Below are positions 38,614 through 51,448 of a stretch of 64,000 nucleotides of DNA, piece after piece (the first letter of the stretch is position 1; every line of letters starts with the position of its first letter). The position numbers and the translations under genes are program-made. Where the stretch lies: contig NIVC01001838.1 of the NCBI GenBank assembly GCA_002269645.1, positions 124,001 to 188,000 on the forward strand, written 5' to 3'. The notes under the pieces were generated by a model that worked only from the letters and a program-made list of their open reading frames with translations, was not told the DNA's origin and did no database searches. The DNA is from Macrostomum lignano. Lineage: Eukaryota.

Positions 38614-40746
38614 TTTCTGGCAATGAAGACTGCCTAACTGGTGTTGCAAAGGCTCTCCTTAAATGGTCTTTCTTAAATTGTAATGCTTTCTTACTAGAAT
38701 GGCATTTGTTTCTAATTGATCAAAACATTCAACACTCAACAATGGCATTTTAAAGATCCAGATCTCACCAAGTTCTAATGTCATATTTATAACATTGAGA
38801 AATACCTACTACAAGAAAAGCTTGCTACCAATGCTCAAACATTGCCATGTGGCAAAGTGGCAATAGAAAAGATCTTCAATTTGCTTTCCAAATTACTGAC
38901 AAAGAAGTGCTATGGTTTGGAAAAGGTTTTAATTGATCCTTATTTGCTTTTTGACTTTTATCTAAAGCAATTTGGTTTGATATATATGGACTTTAAAATC
39001 TTAAATGTTCTTATTCTCTCTATATATAATGCACAATAATCGCAACTTCTCATCACTTGATAGGTATAGGTAGAAAAACAGAAAAAACTTTTCTAATTTT
39101 CTGGACAAAAAGCTCTATGAATATCGATAGAGCAATAAGAAAGGCAAACCATATCAAAAGATAAACACTGGATCTGCCTCATATCAAAAGCAATAGCAAT
39201 TTTTGTGCTGAAAAATGAAAACTTCCATCTCCGTACTCCCGTAGTGTATCTTTCTCGGGAAAACTTGCCTTCTAAAATTTTCTAAGAAACGAGGTTTCCC
39301 GTCCTACTTAAGTCGTCCTTGCTAATACTCGTACCATGGGTTCCTAGTCATTTCGTCATCTGCCATTTCGTCATCTGGGTGTCTGGGGTGCTCACCTCGA
39401 CTATGGTCACTTCGTCATCTTAATTAGCATGCATGTACTACCTGAAGAGAGTCATTTTGTCATCCGCCAATCATATTATTTCCAACTTCAAGTGAATTAA
39501 CGTGGCAGTCAAACATATTTACTTGAAATCCAAATGATCCCAGTCATTTTGTCATCTCGATTGATAAAATGACGATCTGACCAGTCTTTCTGACCAGTCT
39601 GCATGCATGGTCGACCATCGACGCGTTACATTCAGCTGGTTTAAATAAAAGCCTGTCTAGAACCTGTTTAGATTTTTTTCATTTTTAATATTCCGTGATT
39701 TCAATATTCCAGCCAGTTCTGGTTCTGGTATTTAAATCATGATATTTTCAATTTTGTTACACAGCAACAGCACGATAGGCCTATGGCTTAAAAATTAGGG
39801 GTTAAGTAGAGTAGAGCATTATAAAATATCAATGCTTTCATTTTCCTGCCAATTAAGGTTCTGGTTCTAATGTACAAATATTCTTTCAAAAACCATTCCC
39901 ATCAAAAAGCTAGGCCCTATATGACTATAATAATTCAATGGACAGTTGATCTATTTATTAGTAGGGTCTATTCATTGACAAGTTTAAGTCAATGACAATT
40001 TCTTAGGCCTATGGATTATGGCTATTGGATATAGTCCCATATTTGCAATTTGATTGTGTTTATTCTATGGTCATAAATAGACATAGAAGAGTCCCAATCC
40101 ACTTGGGACTGAGCTGAACTCTTGCTGAACTTTTCAAACAAGCAGTCAATAAAACAAACTTGTAGGCCGACTCGTAGAGTCACAAATAAATATTTTGGTA
40201 CTGCAATTATAATAAGTAGAATGTGCTTATTATGTTATGACAAATATGTCTTGGAATTTGGTATAAAAATATTTTCCACTAAGAAGAAGCAAAGAGCATA
40301 GCACTTGTATTATACATTTGCTTAAACTTGGTCTTGGTTTTACCCTAATAACCCTCTAGGCTCTATGCAGTTAGTGTTGACAATATAGGCCTACTTTTCT
40401 CTATTGCATTTAACCTCAATACTAAATTGTCTAAATATGGTTTTGTAGCAAACAAACAACCCAATGTATGTTATTGTTAGGCCTACATGTATTTGCAATC
40501 AGGCTTGTCAATAGCAAGGTTGGTAGACTATCTATCACGATTCACAATCACTGTAATTCTATAAATAGCTATAACAAATGTAGATAGAATATACTTCTCA
40601 ATGACAAGTATAGGCAGAAGTATTGCAGTATTATATAAAGCAATAGGCTAAATGATGGTGTTGAAATATAAAGCATTGCATTAGACCATGCCAAAAATCT
40701 AGATCTATATACCTTTATAAGATCCCTAATGGTAGGGCCTATAGTA

Positions 40747-42377
40747 GGCCCTATAATGTCTGCAAACTTGTAGAGTTTATATAATGTCTACAAACCAAAA
40801 GCCACTAGGGGGCTAGGCTCTTTTCATGCAACGCCTACTTTAGTCATTATCTTATTAGGCCCAAAAAGGGACTTGAGTTTTAACAATTTTTCCTAAGCCT
40901 CCAATTAGTTAAATTGTTTTTAGCATTTTAAACCACTCATATATATATCCCTAGCAAATTTGCATTGGCTCATTCCATATAAGATAGACATTTTTGGAAA
41001 ATAGAAAAAAGTCAATATTTTTGCTTGCCATTGCCTTATCAGCCAATTTTTTTACCAAATGTTTTTTATGTGTAATATCTACAATCTAAGAATAAATGAA
41101 TGATAAAATGTTAGATTAGTATGCTATCAAGTGGCAAAAAGTCATTTTTGTAAAAATTTAGACATTTTTCTAAGCAAAAGACATCATTAAGTTTGTGTAC
41201 CTTTTAAAAACAAATAGAAAGCTTTGGAAGGTTGAAACAAACTATAGATAAAAGTATAGTACTTGCATCATCAGATAAAAGTATTGGTGACCAAATAATC
41301 TATTATATTTTTAATATATTGGTACCTTAAAGTTACTGAATTGACAGAAAAAAATATGTTACGACCATAATGTTACGACCATAAGGCTGCCTTTTCTTTT
41401 GTATCTTTGTTGCCTTTTTGAGTTTATATATTCTACAAAAAGAGTATGATTACTAAAGATGTTCTTAGTCAAATTTTAAAAAAATGTATTGCAAAATATC
41501 AAAAATAAAAATGTTATAAGACTTTTACCTTTTAGTTTCTATATGTCAAAAATCCTGTTGTTACGACCATAAGTGCCATTCAAGGTTTAATAGCATCTAT
41601 ACTAATGATGATATCTACATGAAACTCTATAAAAATATTTTTGACAAAATTATCTTTCATTTAAAATATTGGTTTAGTATATTCTATTATTATATTTCAT
41701 TTTATAAGTAAAAATAGCCTGTCATGTTACGACCATGCTTATATGGAATGAGCCCATTAGTTGACGGCAGTTTTGGATTCCAACTGATATATCTTCATAA
41801 AAAATCTACAAAGTTGAGAAGAAAGTTTTTCATTATAATAAGCATCTGTACCCTTTCACTTTTGTCTTATAATCCCCCTCAATATATAAAATAGGTCCAT
41901 TTCACTAAGGGGATCATGAGATGAAAATGAGAGGAAAAAAGGGGGCCAGAAGCAGATGCATTAGTTATAGTAAATTTTCCCTTCTTACTTTTGTAGACTC
42001 TCAAAAGATAACCAAGACAAAACAAAAGGATATCCATTTGATAATGATGTTATCTAGCAAAAAAACTATTAGTTCAAAGGCGTTCAAATGGTATGCTGCT
42101 TTTCCTATGTGCCATAAAGACTTGCCAATATCTTTTTATACTAGAAAACAAAACTATCCTTTTTTGAATGCCTAGACACTTGTTATTGGCTTAGTGCATG
42201 TTGGACAAAGGACAATTTCTAGAAAGAGTCTGTTCTAATATAGGAATGGATAGTTAGTTATCATCATTTAAAACCTTATAGACATAGGATGCAATTAATC
42301 TTCTATGTCTTAAATAACTTAGTTGCATGAAACAGCCTAGGTCCCTAGTGGCTTTTGGTTTGCAGACATTATAGGCC
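40747..42377. mobile_element. Outer TIR element (~1.6 kb) hosting a nested MITE
   Basis: ATAATGTCTACAAACCAAAAGCCACTAGGGGGCTAGGCTCTTTTCATGCAAC (40781-40832) is inverted at 42322-42377. Confidence 0.65.
40967..41754. mobile_element. MITE with perfect 17-bp TIRs and 4-bp TSD
   Basis: CATT|GGCTCATTCCATATAAG ... CTTATATGGAATGAGCC|CATT, with four internal TGTTACGACCAT motifs. Confidence 0.85.
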
Positions 42378-44336
42378 TAAACATTGAAATAGTTTTTTTA
42401 ATTAAATCATCAATTTTGATTAATAATAATATAACAATATAATCCTAAAATTTCAAAATATAATCCATCCAATACAATTTTACTATTTGCTATGATTATA
42501 ATTTGAAACCAATAAAGCTCTTATAGTTTTGTCTTATAATTATCTACATATATACACATAATTTCACTATTTAAATAATCACATTGCAAAAGCAAATATA
42601 AACTATGTTCCTAAAAGACACTACAATATAGTTATAGTATATATAGATTTCAAAATTGTAGAATGTAGGTCATCATTGATAAAAAACAAAATTGCTAGAT
42701 ACATTTTCTTGACTTAAAATGGTTAGCATAAATGTCCTTTAGGGTTACTAACATTATGTTAAATTAGTTAAATTTATTGTTATATGGTTTAGATAATCAT
42801 TTTATTGTGTTAAGAGGCCTTCACAAATTATATAAGGCAGAAGGGCCAACAAAACCTACTGCCCTAGTTATACATGTGCATTAGTCGGCTGAGTTGGCCA
42901 ATCCAGCCAACTGATTTGGTGGCCAACCAAGGTAAGTCGCAAAAATGCCCACCCAAATAAATACCCAAGTAGTACTAAGTAGATAATAAGGCATTTTGCC
43001 ATGATAAAAAAATCATATTTACTCCTGCTATTTACCCAAAGTTGCTTTAATTTTGCTTTAGGGTTTCTTTCACATATAAGTTGCATTTTTGGCCAAAAAC
43101 TACGTTGCATTTTTTGTTAAAACTAAGTCACATGGCTAACCCAATTTTGAAGGTTGCGCATGTATTGCCCTAGCCCAAGATACTAGAAGGTATTGCCAAC
43201 TCTTTGGATATTGAAGAGTTATCACTATTGACTAGGCCAATAGCAGGGGTCACTTGCCAATATTGCCAGTGCTAGGGTCTGTGTCCAATGGCTTTCTGGT
43301 AGAAGTCCTCTTCATTGACCCCCTTGAGCACTTTAGTGCACTCCCTGAATATCTATTCAATATAGCTAAATGAGTTGCTGACAGCACAAGCTGGCATATC
43401 AGCCTTGAGCATAGGGGGATACTGCAAGGCCACTGTGTGCTGAGTCTCAGGCACTGCAAACAGAATTCTCCATTTAACCCCCCTCCTACAACAGTGACAC
43501 AGTGACAGGCAAACTGTTACTTGACTGCTATCTTAATTGCTACCTTATGGGCTATCAACTTTTGATATCCTTAGATGCTATGGCCTGTCAATTCAGTCTT
43601 TAAACAATACTAAAAGCTGATATCTTTAATTGCAAGCATGCAAAAGAATAATATAATTGTATACTATATAGCATGCATTTGTATATGTTTAAAGAACAAA
43701 AGTATTAACATTGAAACTGTGCATAGCATTGAGGAGTTTTAGTAGTAGAGTACAGAGTAGTGGTATTTCATGTAGTCATTTTTTGTATATTTGAGAACAT
43801 GATTCTGACATGTCATGAGAAAATAGACAGTTGTCTAGTAAAGGTACCCACACTAATGCAAAATGCTATTTGCAAAGTAAATGCTCAGAAGAAAAATGGT
43901 CTAACTTTAATAATTTTCCTGCACAAAGTAAAATGGTTAAATACAAGAAGAGACAATTCCTCATTTGTAATATTGTTTCATTAGATGAGTAATTTATTAT
44001 AGTGATCTTTGGTTACAAATTTGGCAATCCACCATCTAAGGGTCTAAGAAAGGGTAAAAAAACAATGAAATTTATTTGAGAATTGGAAAGGTCCAAAACC
44101 CTTGTCTACAATGGTATTATAATGAAACAAGCTTTTCTAACCTTCATTTTATAATTATCACAAACTAAAGGCTAAAGGTATCAAAATATGAACCAATGTA
44201 TAATTTATATGCAATAAATTTTGTAGTCTCACATCATTTCTACTGGCAACTTGAGGTTGTACAAAATCAAAGTTTTTTTAGATTAAATAGGATTAGGATA
44301 CTGTCGCTACACTGCTTTCAGCCAGTTGAAAGTGCG

Positions 44337-44727
44337 ATGGAATCGGCCATGGATGTAGACGATGCAGCTGCCACATTCAATGCCGAGGTTTCGCTGACTG
44401 CGCCAGCTCAGCAGCCGTCAGTGCCAGCCAGCGAGCTGCCCTGGATTGAAAAGTACAGGCCGACCCGCCTAGCCGAAATAGTTGGCAATGAGGACACGGT
44501 TGAACGGCTGGCCGTGTTTGCCAAGCAGGGCAACCTGCCCAATGTGATCCTGTGCGGCCCGCCGGGCATCGGCAAGACCACCAGCATTCTCTGTCTGGCC
44601 AGGGAGCAGCTGGGAGAGGCCTGCAAGGAGGCTGTGCTGGAATTAAACGCCTCTAATGATCGCGGTATTGAAGTTGTACGCGGTAAAATTAAAATGTTCG
44701 CCCAACGTCGGGTCACCCTGCCGCAGG
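44337..44727 (+). CDS. RFC2: Replication factor C subunit 2 (RFC40), exon 1
   Basis: [21 protein letters not shown], Walker [33 protein letters not shown]; donor G|GTGAG at 44728. Confidence 0.95.
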
Positions 44728-44875
44728 GTGAGTAATTGTCACCTACTAATACTAATTAGTATCGCAAAAGCATACTAATTAGCTGACGAGGCACTTCAGT
44801 AACCCAGATCAATTCGCGCTGTTTACCCAAGCAAAAGTTTTATTTATAAGCCCGTCTGTTCTGATCTCTATGCAG

Positions 44876-45201
44876 GCCAGCACAAGCTGGTAATTCTTGA
44901 CGAGGCGGACAGCATGACAGACGGCGCACAGCAGGCGCTGCGGCGCACAATGGAGATCTACTCGCGCACCACCCGGTTCGCGTTGGCTTGCAACGATTCG
45001 TCTAAGATCATCGAGCCGATACAGTCCAGGTGTGCCGTACTGCGCTACTCCAGGCTGACAGACGCCCAGCTGCTTGGCCGCCTCATCGAGGTCTGCCGGG
45101 CCGAGGGCGCCGTCTATACTGACAGGGGACTGGAGGCTGTGGCCTTTACTGCCCAGGGCGATCTGAGACAGGGGCTTAACAATTTGCAGGCGACTCTGCA
45201 G
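44876..45201 (+). CDS. RFC2: RFC2, exon 2
   Basis: TGCAG| acceptor; [37 protein letters not shown] (SRC motif), [13 protein letters not shown]; donor CAG|GT at 45202. Confidence 0.95.
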
Positions 45202-45287
45202 GTTTGGGAAATTTCTGTTATCTGCTTCTTGCTGTGCTTTCTTTTTCGCTGTTGATCTTGTCTCTTGTTCGTAGCTCCTTTATTCTG

Positions 45288-47783
45288 TGGTGTTTTATGA
45301 GATCTCACCCTCATCACTGGTGTTTTATGAGATGTCACCCTCATCACTGGTGTTTTGAGATCTCACCCCCATCACTGGTGTTTTATGAGATCTCACCCTC
45401 ATCACTGGCGTTTTATGAGATCTCACCCTGATCACTGGTGTTTTATGAGATCTCACCCTCATCACTGGTGTTTTATGAGATCTCACCCTCATCACTGGTG
45501 TTTTATGAGATCTCACCCTCATCACTGGTGTTTTATGAGATCTCACCCTCATCACTGGCGTTTTATGAGATCTCACCCTGAAACATCACTGGTGTTTTAT
45601 GAGATCTCACCCTCATCACTGGTGTTTTATGAGATCTCACCCTCATCACTGGCGTTTTATGAGATCTCACCCTCATCACTGGTGTTTTATGAGATCTCAC
45701 CCTCATCACTGGTGTTTTATGAGATCTCACCCTCATCACTGGTGTTTTATGAGATCTCACCCTCATCACTGGTGTTTTATGAGATCTCACCCTCATCACT
45801 GGTGTTTTATGAGATCTCACCCTCATCACTGGTGTTTTATGAGATCTCACCCTCATCACTGGTGTTTTATGAGATCTCACCCTCATCACTGGTGTTTTAT
45901 GAGATCTCACCCTCATCACTGGTGTTTTATGAGATCTCACCCTCATCACTGGCGTTTTATGAGATCTCACCCTGAAACATCACTGGTGTTTTATGAGATC
46001 TCACCCTCATCACTGGTGTTTTATGAGATCTCACCCTCATCACTGGTGTTTTATGAGATCTCACCCTCATCACTGGTGTTTTATGAGATCTCACCCTCAT
46101 CACTGGTGTTTTATGAGATCTCACCCTCATCACTGGTGTTTTATGAGATCTCACCCTCATCACTGGTGTTTTATGAGATCTCACCCTCATCACTGGCGTT
46201 TTATGAGATCTCACCCTGAAACATCACTGGTGTTTTATGAGATCTCACCCTCATCACTGGTGTTTTATGAGATCTCACCCTCATCACTGGCGTTTTATGA
46301 GATCTCACCCTGAAACATCACTGGTGTTTTATGAGATCTCACCCTCATCACTGGTGTTTTATGAGATCTCACCCTCATCACTGGTGTTTTATGAGATCTC
46401 ACCCTCATCACTGGTGTTTTATGAGATCTCACCCTCATCACTGGTGTTTTATGAGATCTCACCCTCATCACTGGCGTTTTATGAGATCTCACCCTCATCA
46501 CTGGTGTTTTATGAGATCTCACCCTCATCACTGGTGTTTTATGAGATCTCACCCTCATCACTGGTGTTTTATGAGATCTCACCCTCATCACTGGTGTTTT
46601 ATGAGATCTCACCCTCATCACTGGTGTTTTATGAGATCTCACCCTCATCACTGGTGTTTTATGAGATCTCACCCTCATCACTGGTGTTTTATGAGATCTC
46701 ACCCTCATCACTGGTGTTTTATGAGATCTCACCCTCATCACTGGTGTTTTATGAGATCTCACCCTCATCACTGGTGTTTTATGAGATCTCACCCTCATCA
46801 CTGGTGTTTTATGAGATCTCACCCTCATCACTGGTGTTTTATGAGATCTCACCCTCATCACTGGCGTTTTATGAGATCTCACCCTCATCACTGGTGTTTT
46901 ATGAGATCTCACCCTCATCACTGGTGTTTTATGAGATCTCACCCTCATCACTGGCGTTTTATGAGATCTCACCCTGATCACTGGTGTTTTATGAGATCTC
47001 ACCCTCATCACTGGTGTTTTATGAGATCTCACCCTCATCACTGGTGTTTTATGAGATCTCACCCTCATCACTGGTGTTTTATGAGATCTCACCCTCATCA
47101 CTGGCGTTTTATGAGATCTCACCCTGAAACATCACTGGTGTTTTATGAGATCTCACCCTCATCACTGGTGTTTTATGAGATCTCACCCTCATCACTGGCG
47201 TTTTATGAGATCTCACCCTCATCACTGGTGTTTTATGAGATCTCACCCTCATCACTGGTGTTTTATGAGATCTCACCCTCATCACTGGTGTTTTATGAGA
47301 TCTCACCCTCATCACTGGTGTTTTATGAGATCTCACCCTCATCACTGGTGTTTTATGAGATCTCACCCTCATCACTGGTGTTTTATGAGATCTCACCCTC
47401 ATCACTGGTGTTTTATGAGATCTCACCCTCATCACTGGTGTTTTATGAGATCTCACCCTCATCACTGGTGTTTTATGAGATCTCACCCTCATCACTGGTG
47501 TTTTATGAGATCTCACCCTCATCACTGGTGTTTTATGAGATCTCACCCTCATCACTGGTGTTTTATGAGATCTCACCCTCATCACTGGTGTTTTATGAGA
47601 TCTCACCCTCATCACTGGTGTTTTATGAGATCTCACCCTCATCACTGGTGTTTTATGAGATCTCACCCTCATCACTGGTGTTTTATGAGATCTCACCCTC
47701 ATCACTGGTGTTTTATGAGATCTCACCCTCATCACTGGTGTTTTATGAGATCTCACCCTCATCACTGGTGTTCTATGAGATCT
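45288..47783. repeat. 30-bp minisatellite (~83 copies) filling RFC2 intron 2
   Basis: Unit CATCACTGGTGTTTTATGAGATCTCACCCT. It contains the 10-bp palindrome TGAGATCTCA. Confidence 0.97.
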
Positions 47784-47829
47784 ATGAGAACAGTTAATCA
47801 CTTATCCCAACTCCTACCCACCGTCCCAG

Positions 47830-48148
47830 GGCTTCGGCTCTGTCACCGAGGACAATGTATTCAAAGTGTGCGACCACCCGAAAACTGTTGGCCCACTGCC
47901 AGGCCGGCGAGCTTGACCCGGCGCACAAGATTCTGCGCCACCTGTGGCACATGGGCTACTCAGCTGAGGACCTGGTCAGCATACTGTTCCGCGTGTGCAA
48001 GTCGCACCCGGACCTGTCCGAGGAGGTCAAACTGGGCATGGTGCGCGAGATTGGCATCACCCATATGCGAGTGATGGACGGGGTTGGCACCCTGTTGCAG
48101 CTGTCCGGCCTGCTGGCCAGGATGTGCCGCCTTCGACAGGCTGACTGA
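47830..48148 (+). CDS. RFC2: RFC2, exon 3 (terminal), frameshifted at ~47881
   Basis: CCCAG| acceptor; GFGSVTEDNVFKVCDHP, then in another frame KLLAHCQAGELDPAHKILRHLWHMGYSAEDL...EIGITHMRVMDGVGTLLQLSGLLARMC; TGA at 48146-48148. Spliced length 1036 nt is not a multiple of 3. Confidence 0.9.
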
Positions 48149-48265
48149 CCGACTACGGTGTAATCAATTTACAACTACTACTATTAATGTAACTGCATTT
48201 TTAAACTCTACTGTTTAAGCATTCGTATCTCCCTGCGTACTTCGTTTAGCGAGTCAAAGGAATGT

Positions 48266-48271
48266 AATAAA
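48266..48271 (+). promoter_or_regulatory. Candidate RFC2 polyadenylation signal
   Basis: AATAAA about 120 nt after the stop codon. Confidence 0.5.
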
Positions 48272-48492
48272 AAAGTTGATGCCTAAATAAATCGATTGTA
48301 TCACCCGGTTGCTTCTGTTCTATTGCATTCTTTTTAACATTTTCAAATCAGCGTTTTCTATATTAAAATTATTTGATTTAATCGGATAAAACTCTACTGG
48401 CTTCTGTCGATGTTAGTAGCAGTAGTAGCACACGAACACTGACTGTCCCACAGTACCTGCGTTTTTTTACGAGGCTTTGACTGTAGACTTGT

Positions 48493-49666
48493 GTCTGTCA
48501 TGAGACTGTTTTGTCTGTCATGAGACTGTTCTGTCTGTCATCGGGCTGTTCAGTCTGTCATGAGACTGTTCAGTCTGTCATGAGACTGTTCTGTCTGTCA
48601 TGAGACTGTTCTGTCTGTCATCGGGCTGTTCTGTCTGTCATCGGGCTGTTCTATCTGTCATGAGACTGTTCTGTCTGTCATCGGGCTGTTCTGTCTGTCA
48701 TGAGACTGTTCTGTCTGTCATGAGACTGTTCTGTCTGTCATGAGACTGTTCTGTCTGTCATGAGACTGTTCTGTCTGTCATGAGACTGTTCTGTCTGTCA
48801 TGAGACTGTTCTGTCTGTCATCGGGCTGTTCAGTCTGTCATGAGACTGTTCTGTCTGTCATGACGCTGTTCAGTCTGTCATGAGACTGTTCTGTCTGTCA
48901 TGAGACTGTTCTGTCTGTCATGACGCTGTTCAGTCTGTCATGAGACTGTTCTGTCTGTCATGAGACTGTTCTGTCTGTCATCGGGCTGTTTAGTCTGTCA
49001 TGAGACTGTTCTGTCTGTCATGACGCTGTTCAGTCTGTCATGAGACTGTTCTGTCTGTCATGAGACTGTTCTGTCTGTCATCGGGCTGTTCTGTCTGTCA
49101 TGAGACTGTTCTGTCTGTCATCGGGCTGTTCTGTCTGTCATGAGACTGTTCTGTCTGTCATGACGCTGTTCAGTCTGTCATGAGACTGTTCTGTCTGTCA
49201 TGACGCTGTTCAGTCTGTCATGAGACTGTTCTGTCTGTCATGAGACTGTTCTGTCTGTCATCGGGCTGTTCTGTCTGTCATGAGACTGTTCTGTCTGTCA
49301 TGAGACTGTTCTGTCTGTCATGAGACTGTTCTGTCTGTCATGAGACTGTTCTGTCTGTCATCGGGCTGTTCTGTCTGTCATGAGACTGTTCTGTCTGTCA
49401 TCGGGCTGTTCTGTCTGTCATGACGCTGTTCTGTCTGTCATGAGACTGTTCTGTCTGTCATGAGACTGTTCTGTCTGTCATGAGACTGTTCTGTCTGTCA
49501 TCGGGCTGTTCTGTCTGTCATGAGACTGTTCTGTCTGTCATCGGGCTGTTCTGTCTGTCATGAGACTGTTCTGTCTGTCATGAGACTGTTCTGTCTGTCA
49601 TGACGCTGTTCTGTCTGTCATGAGACTGTTCTGTCTGTCATGAGACTGTTCAGTCTGTCATGAGAC
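48493..49666. repeat. 20-bp minisatellite (~58 copies)
   Basis: Unit TGAGACTGTTCTGTCTGTCA with recurrent TCGGG- and TGACG- variants. Confidence 0.97.
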
Positions 49667-51448
49667 TTCTGTTGTATTCCCATAGTACAACTGGATCCGC
49701 TGTTTAAAGCTCAATGTGTGTACTGCATACACATCTATCTGCGCTGTCGCGACTCTTTCATCTCTACTCTTCTCAGCTCATCTTTACCTTATCCATGTTT
49801 AACAAATCCACTTTCTCCAGCCTTCTCCCATCTTATTTCTCTCCTTCATATCGAAGCCATAACTTCCACGACGACCTTCGAACACAACAGCGCTATCGGA
49901 AAGATCGCAACTGCAGGGGACACTCAGCAGCAAGAACAACAGCTCTCGAAAAGCAGATATGAGCAATTTTTGTCCAACTGCTGGGCGCAGTCGAACGACG
50001 CAGACAAAGATTCCATTTTGAAGAGTAACGAGTTTAAAAGAGAAATATTTGACGAATTAAACGGATTGACAAAAAAATTAAGTCAATTTTTCTGGCATGG
50101 ACCCTGGCTCCATAATAGCCGATAATTTGATAAATTGATACAGAACTCGAGGTAATCGTAATATCAAACGAAGTCAACTGACGCACTCAACAAGCACACG
50201 CAAATTAAACAGATTACCTAAGTATGGAGAAACTAAATAGCACCCACGTAGGTGAAATGCAATAATTAGCATGAAAATGTACCGATTTCAATGAAATAAA
50301 TTATATTCAATTTCAATCTCAATGAAATTATTTAATTTGCAAATAGCAAAGAAAAAAGTACTTTTAAGACACAGAAAATCCAAACAGCTGGAAATTACTC
50401 AAGTTAAACATGAATTAGCTAACATTTTAAGTGTAATTGAGACATCGAAGGATTCTATAAAAAATTTACATAAAATATAAAATAAACTTGAAAACTAATA
50501 GCAACAAACCAATTTCTTAGTATGATTCAATCCAACTCATGATCTTAAATTAAGGCGCCGAATTCTGTTAAATAAGTTGTGAGTGGCCAAACAGCCGGAG
50601 ACAAGTTCGGTGTCTGGAGCTCAAGGATGCATAGTAAATTGGTGATAATAAAGTTCTTGATTATGGTTTTTCGCTCGCTCTGATTCGGACCAGCACTTGT
50701 GAAAGAAGACTGGAGCTAGCTGAGCGAAAGAAGGGACGCAAAAGAAGAGCTCAAATGAACAAATTGACAGCCAGCCATCCGTTCAGCCGCTGAAAACAAT
50801 CGTTTTGGCCCGGTGACTGTCTGAACAGCCCCGGCTGAAATTAACCGTAGATGTCTCTCAGAGGGTTTCCCGGCTCTCACAGAGGGTTTTTTGCTTTCAC
50901 TGCATCAGAACTGGATACCAAATCAACTTATAAACTTGCATTTCTACCAAAAGCCATTTAGGCACAGAACAGCCGATCGGTAACATTGTGCGAAAGCAAT
51001 AAAGATCGCCAAAGCGACTTGCAATCTTATAAATCAAGCACAGGGGGGAGAGCATGGCAGTCAACTCAATATAGGCAGCAGCAGCAACTAGAGAGCGAGT
51101 TGCGAGTTCTGCGAGGAAGCTGTATTCGTATAAACATAGATCTTGAGGTGAAGCTCAGGTGGCGCTGTTGGAAGTTATCCTACAAGTCACAGGAGGCACT
51201 CATGCGGCAGACTGCAGTACCCAGTTGGCAGGAATGTTCCTGCAACAGCAGCATTTATTTGCATGGCAGTAATCCACTTCTGATAGCGGAACACTTATCT
51301 GAGGCTTTGGTAGATTGTCTTTTAATTCATTGCTCTAAATGATTTAAGTACTGTTCTGTTGCACGGGTTAAATACATAAAACCCAAGAGAAATGACACCT
51401 CGACTAGATACAGAATCTGATTGATCATTTCATCCATGCAGAGCTGCT

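Noticed and set aside
43170-43460. Coding-like minus-strand relic (…EDFYQKAIGHRP*HWQYWQVTP…) faintly like Crypton/DUF3504
   Set aside because: Too degraded to support a call by eye; needs a profile search.
45288-47797. Long ORFs of (MRSHPHHWCF)n, (SSLVFYEISP)n and (MRVRSHKTPV)n, and a CRISPR-like appearance
   Set aside because: A 30-bp unit lacking stops in these frames, inside a GT-AG intron whose removal restores RFC2. No unique spacers, so it is not CRISPR. The same holds for all other arrays here.
47872-47890. Programmed ribosomal frameshift in RFC2
   Set aside because: No canonical slippery heptamer in the right frame, and conserved residues are physically missing, which recoding cannot restore.
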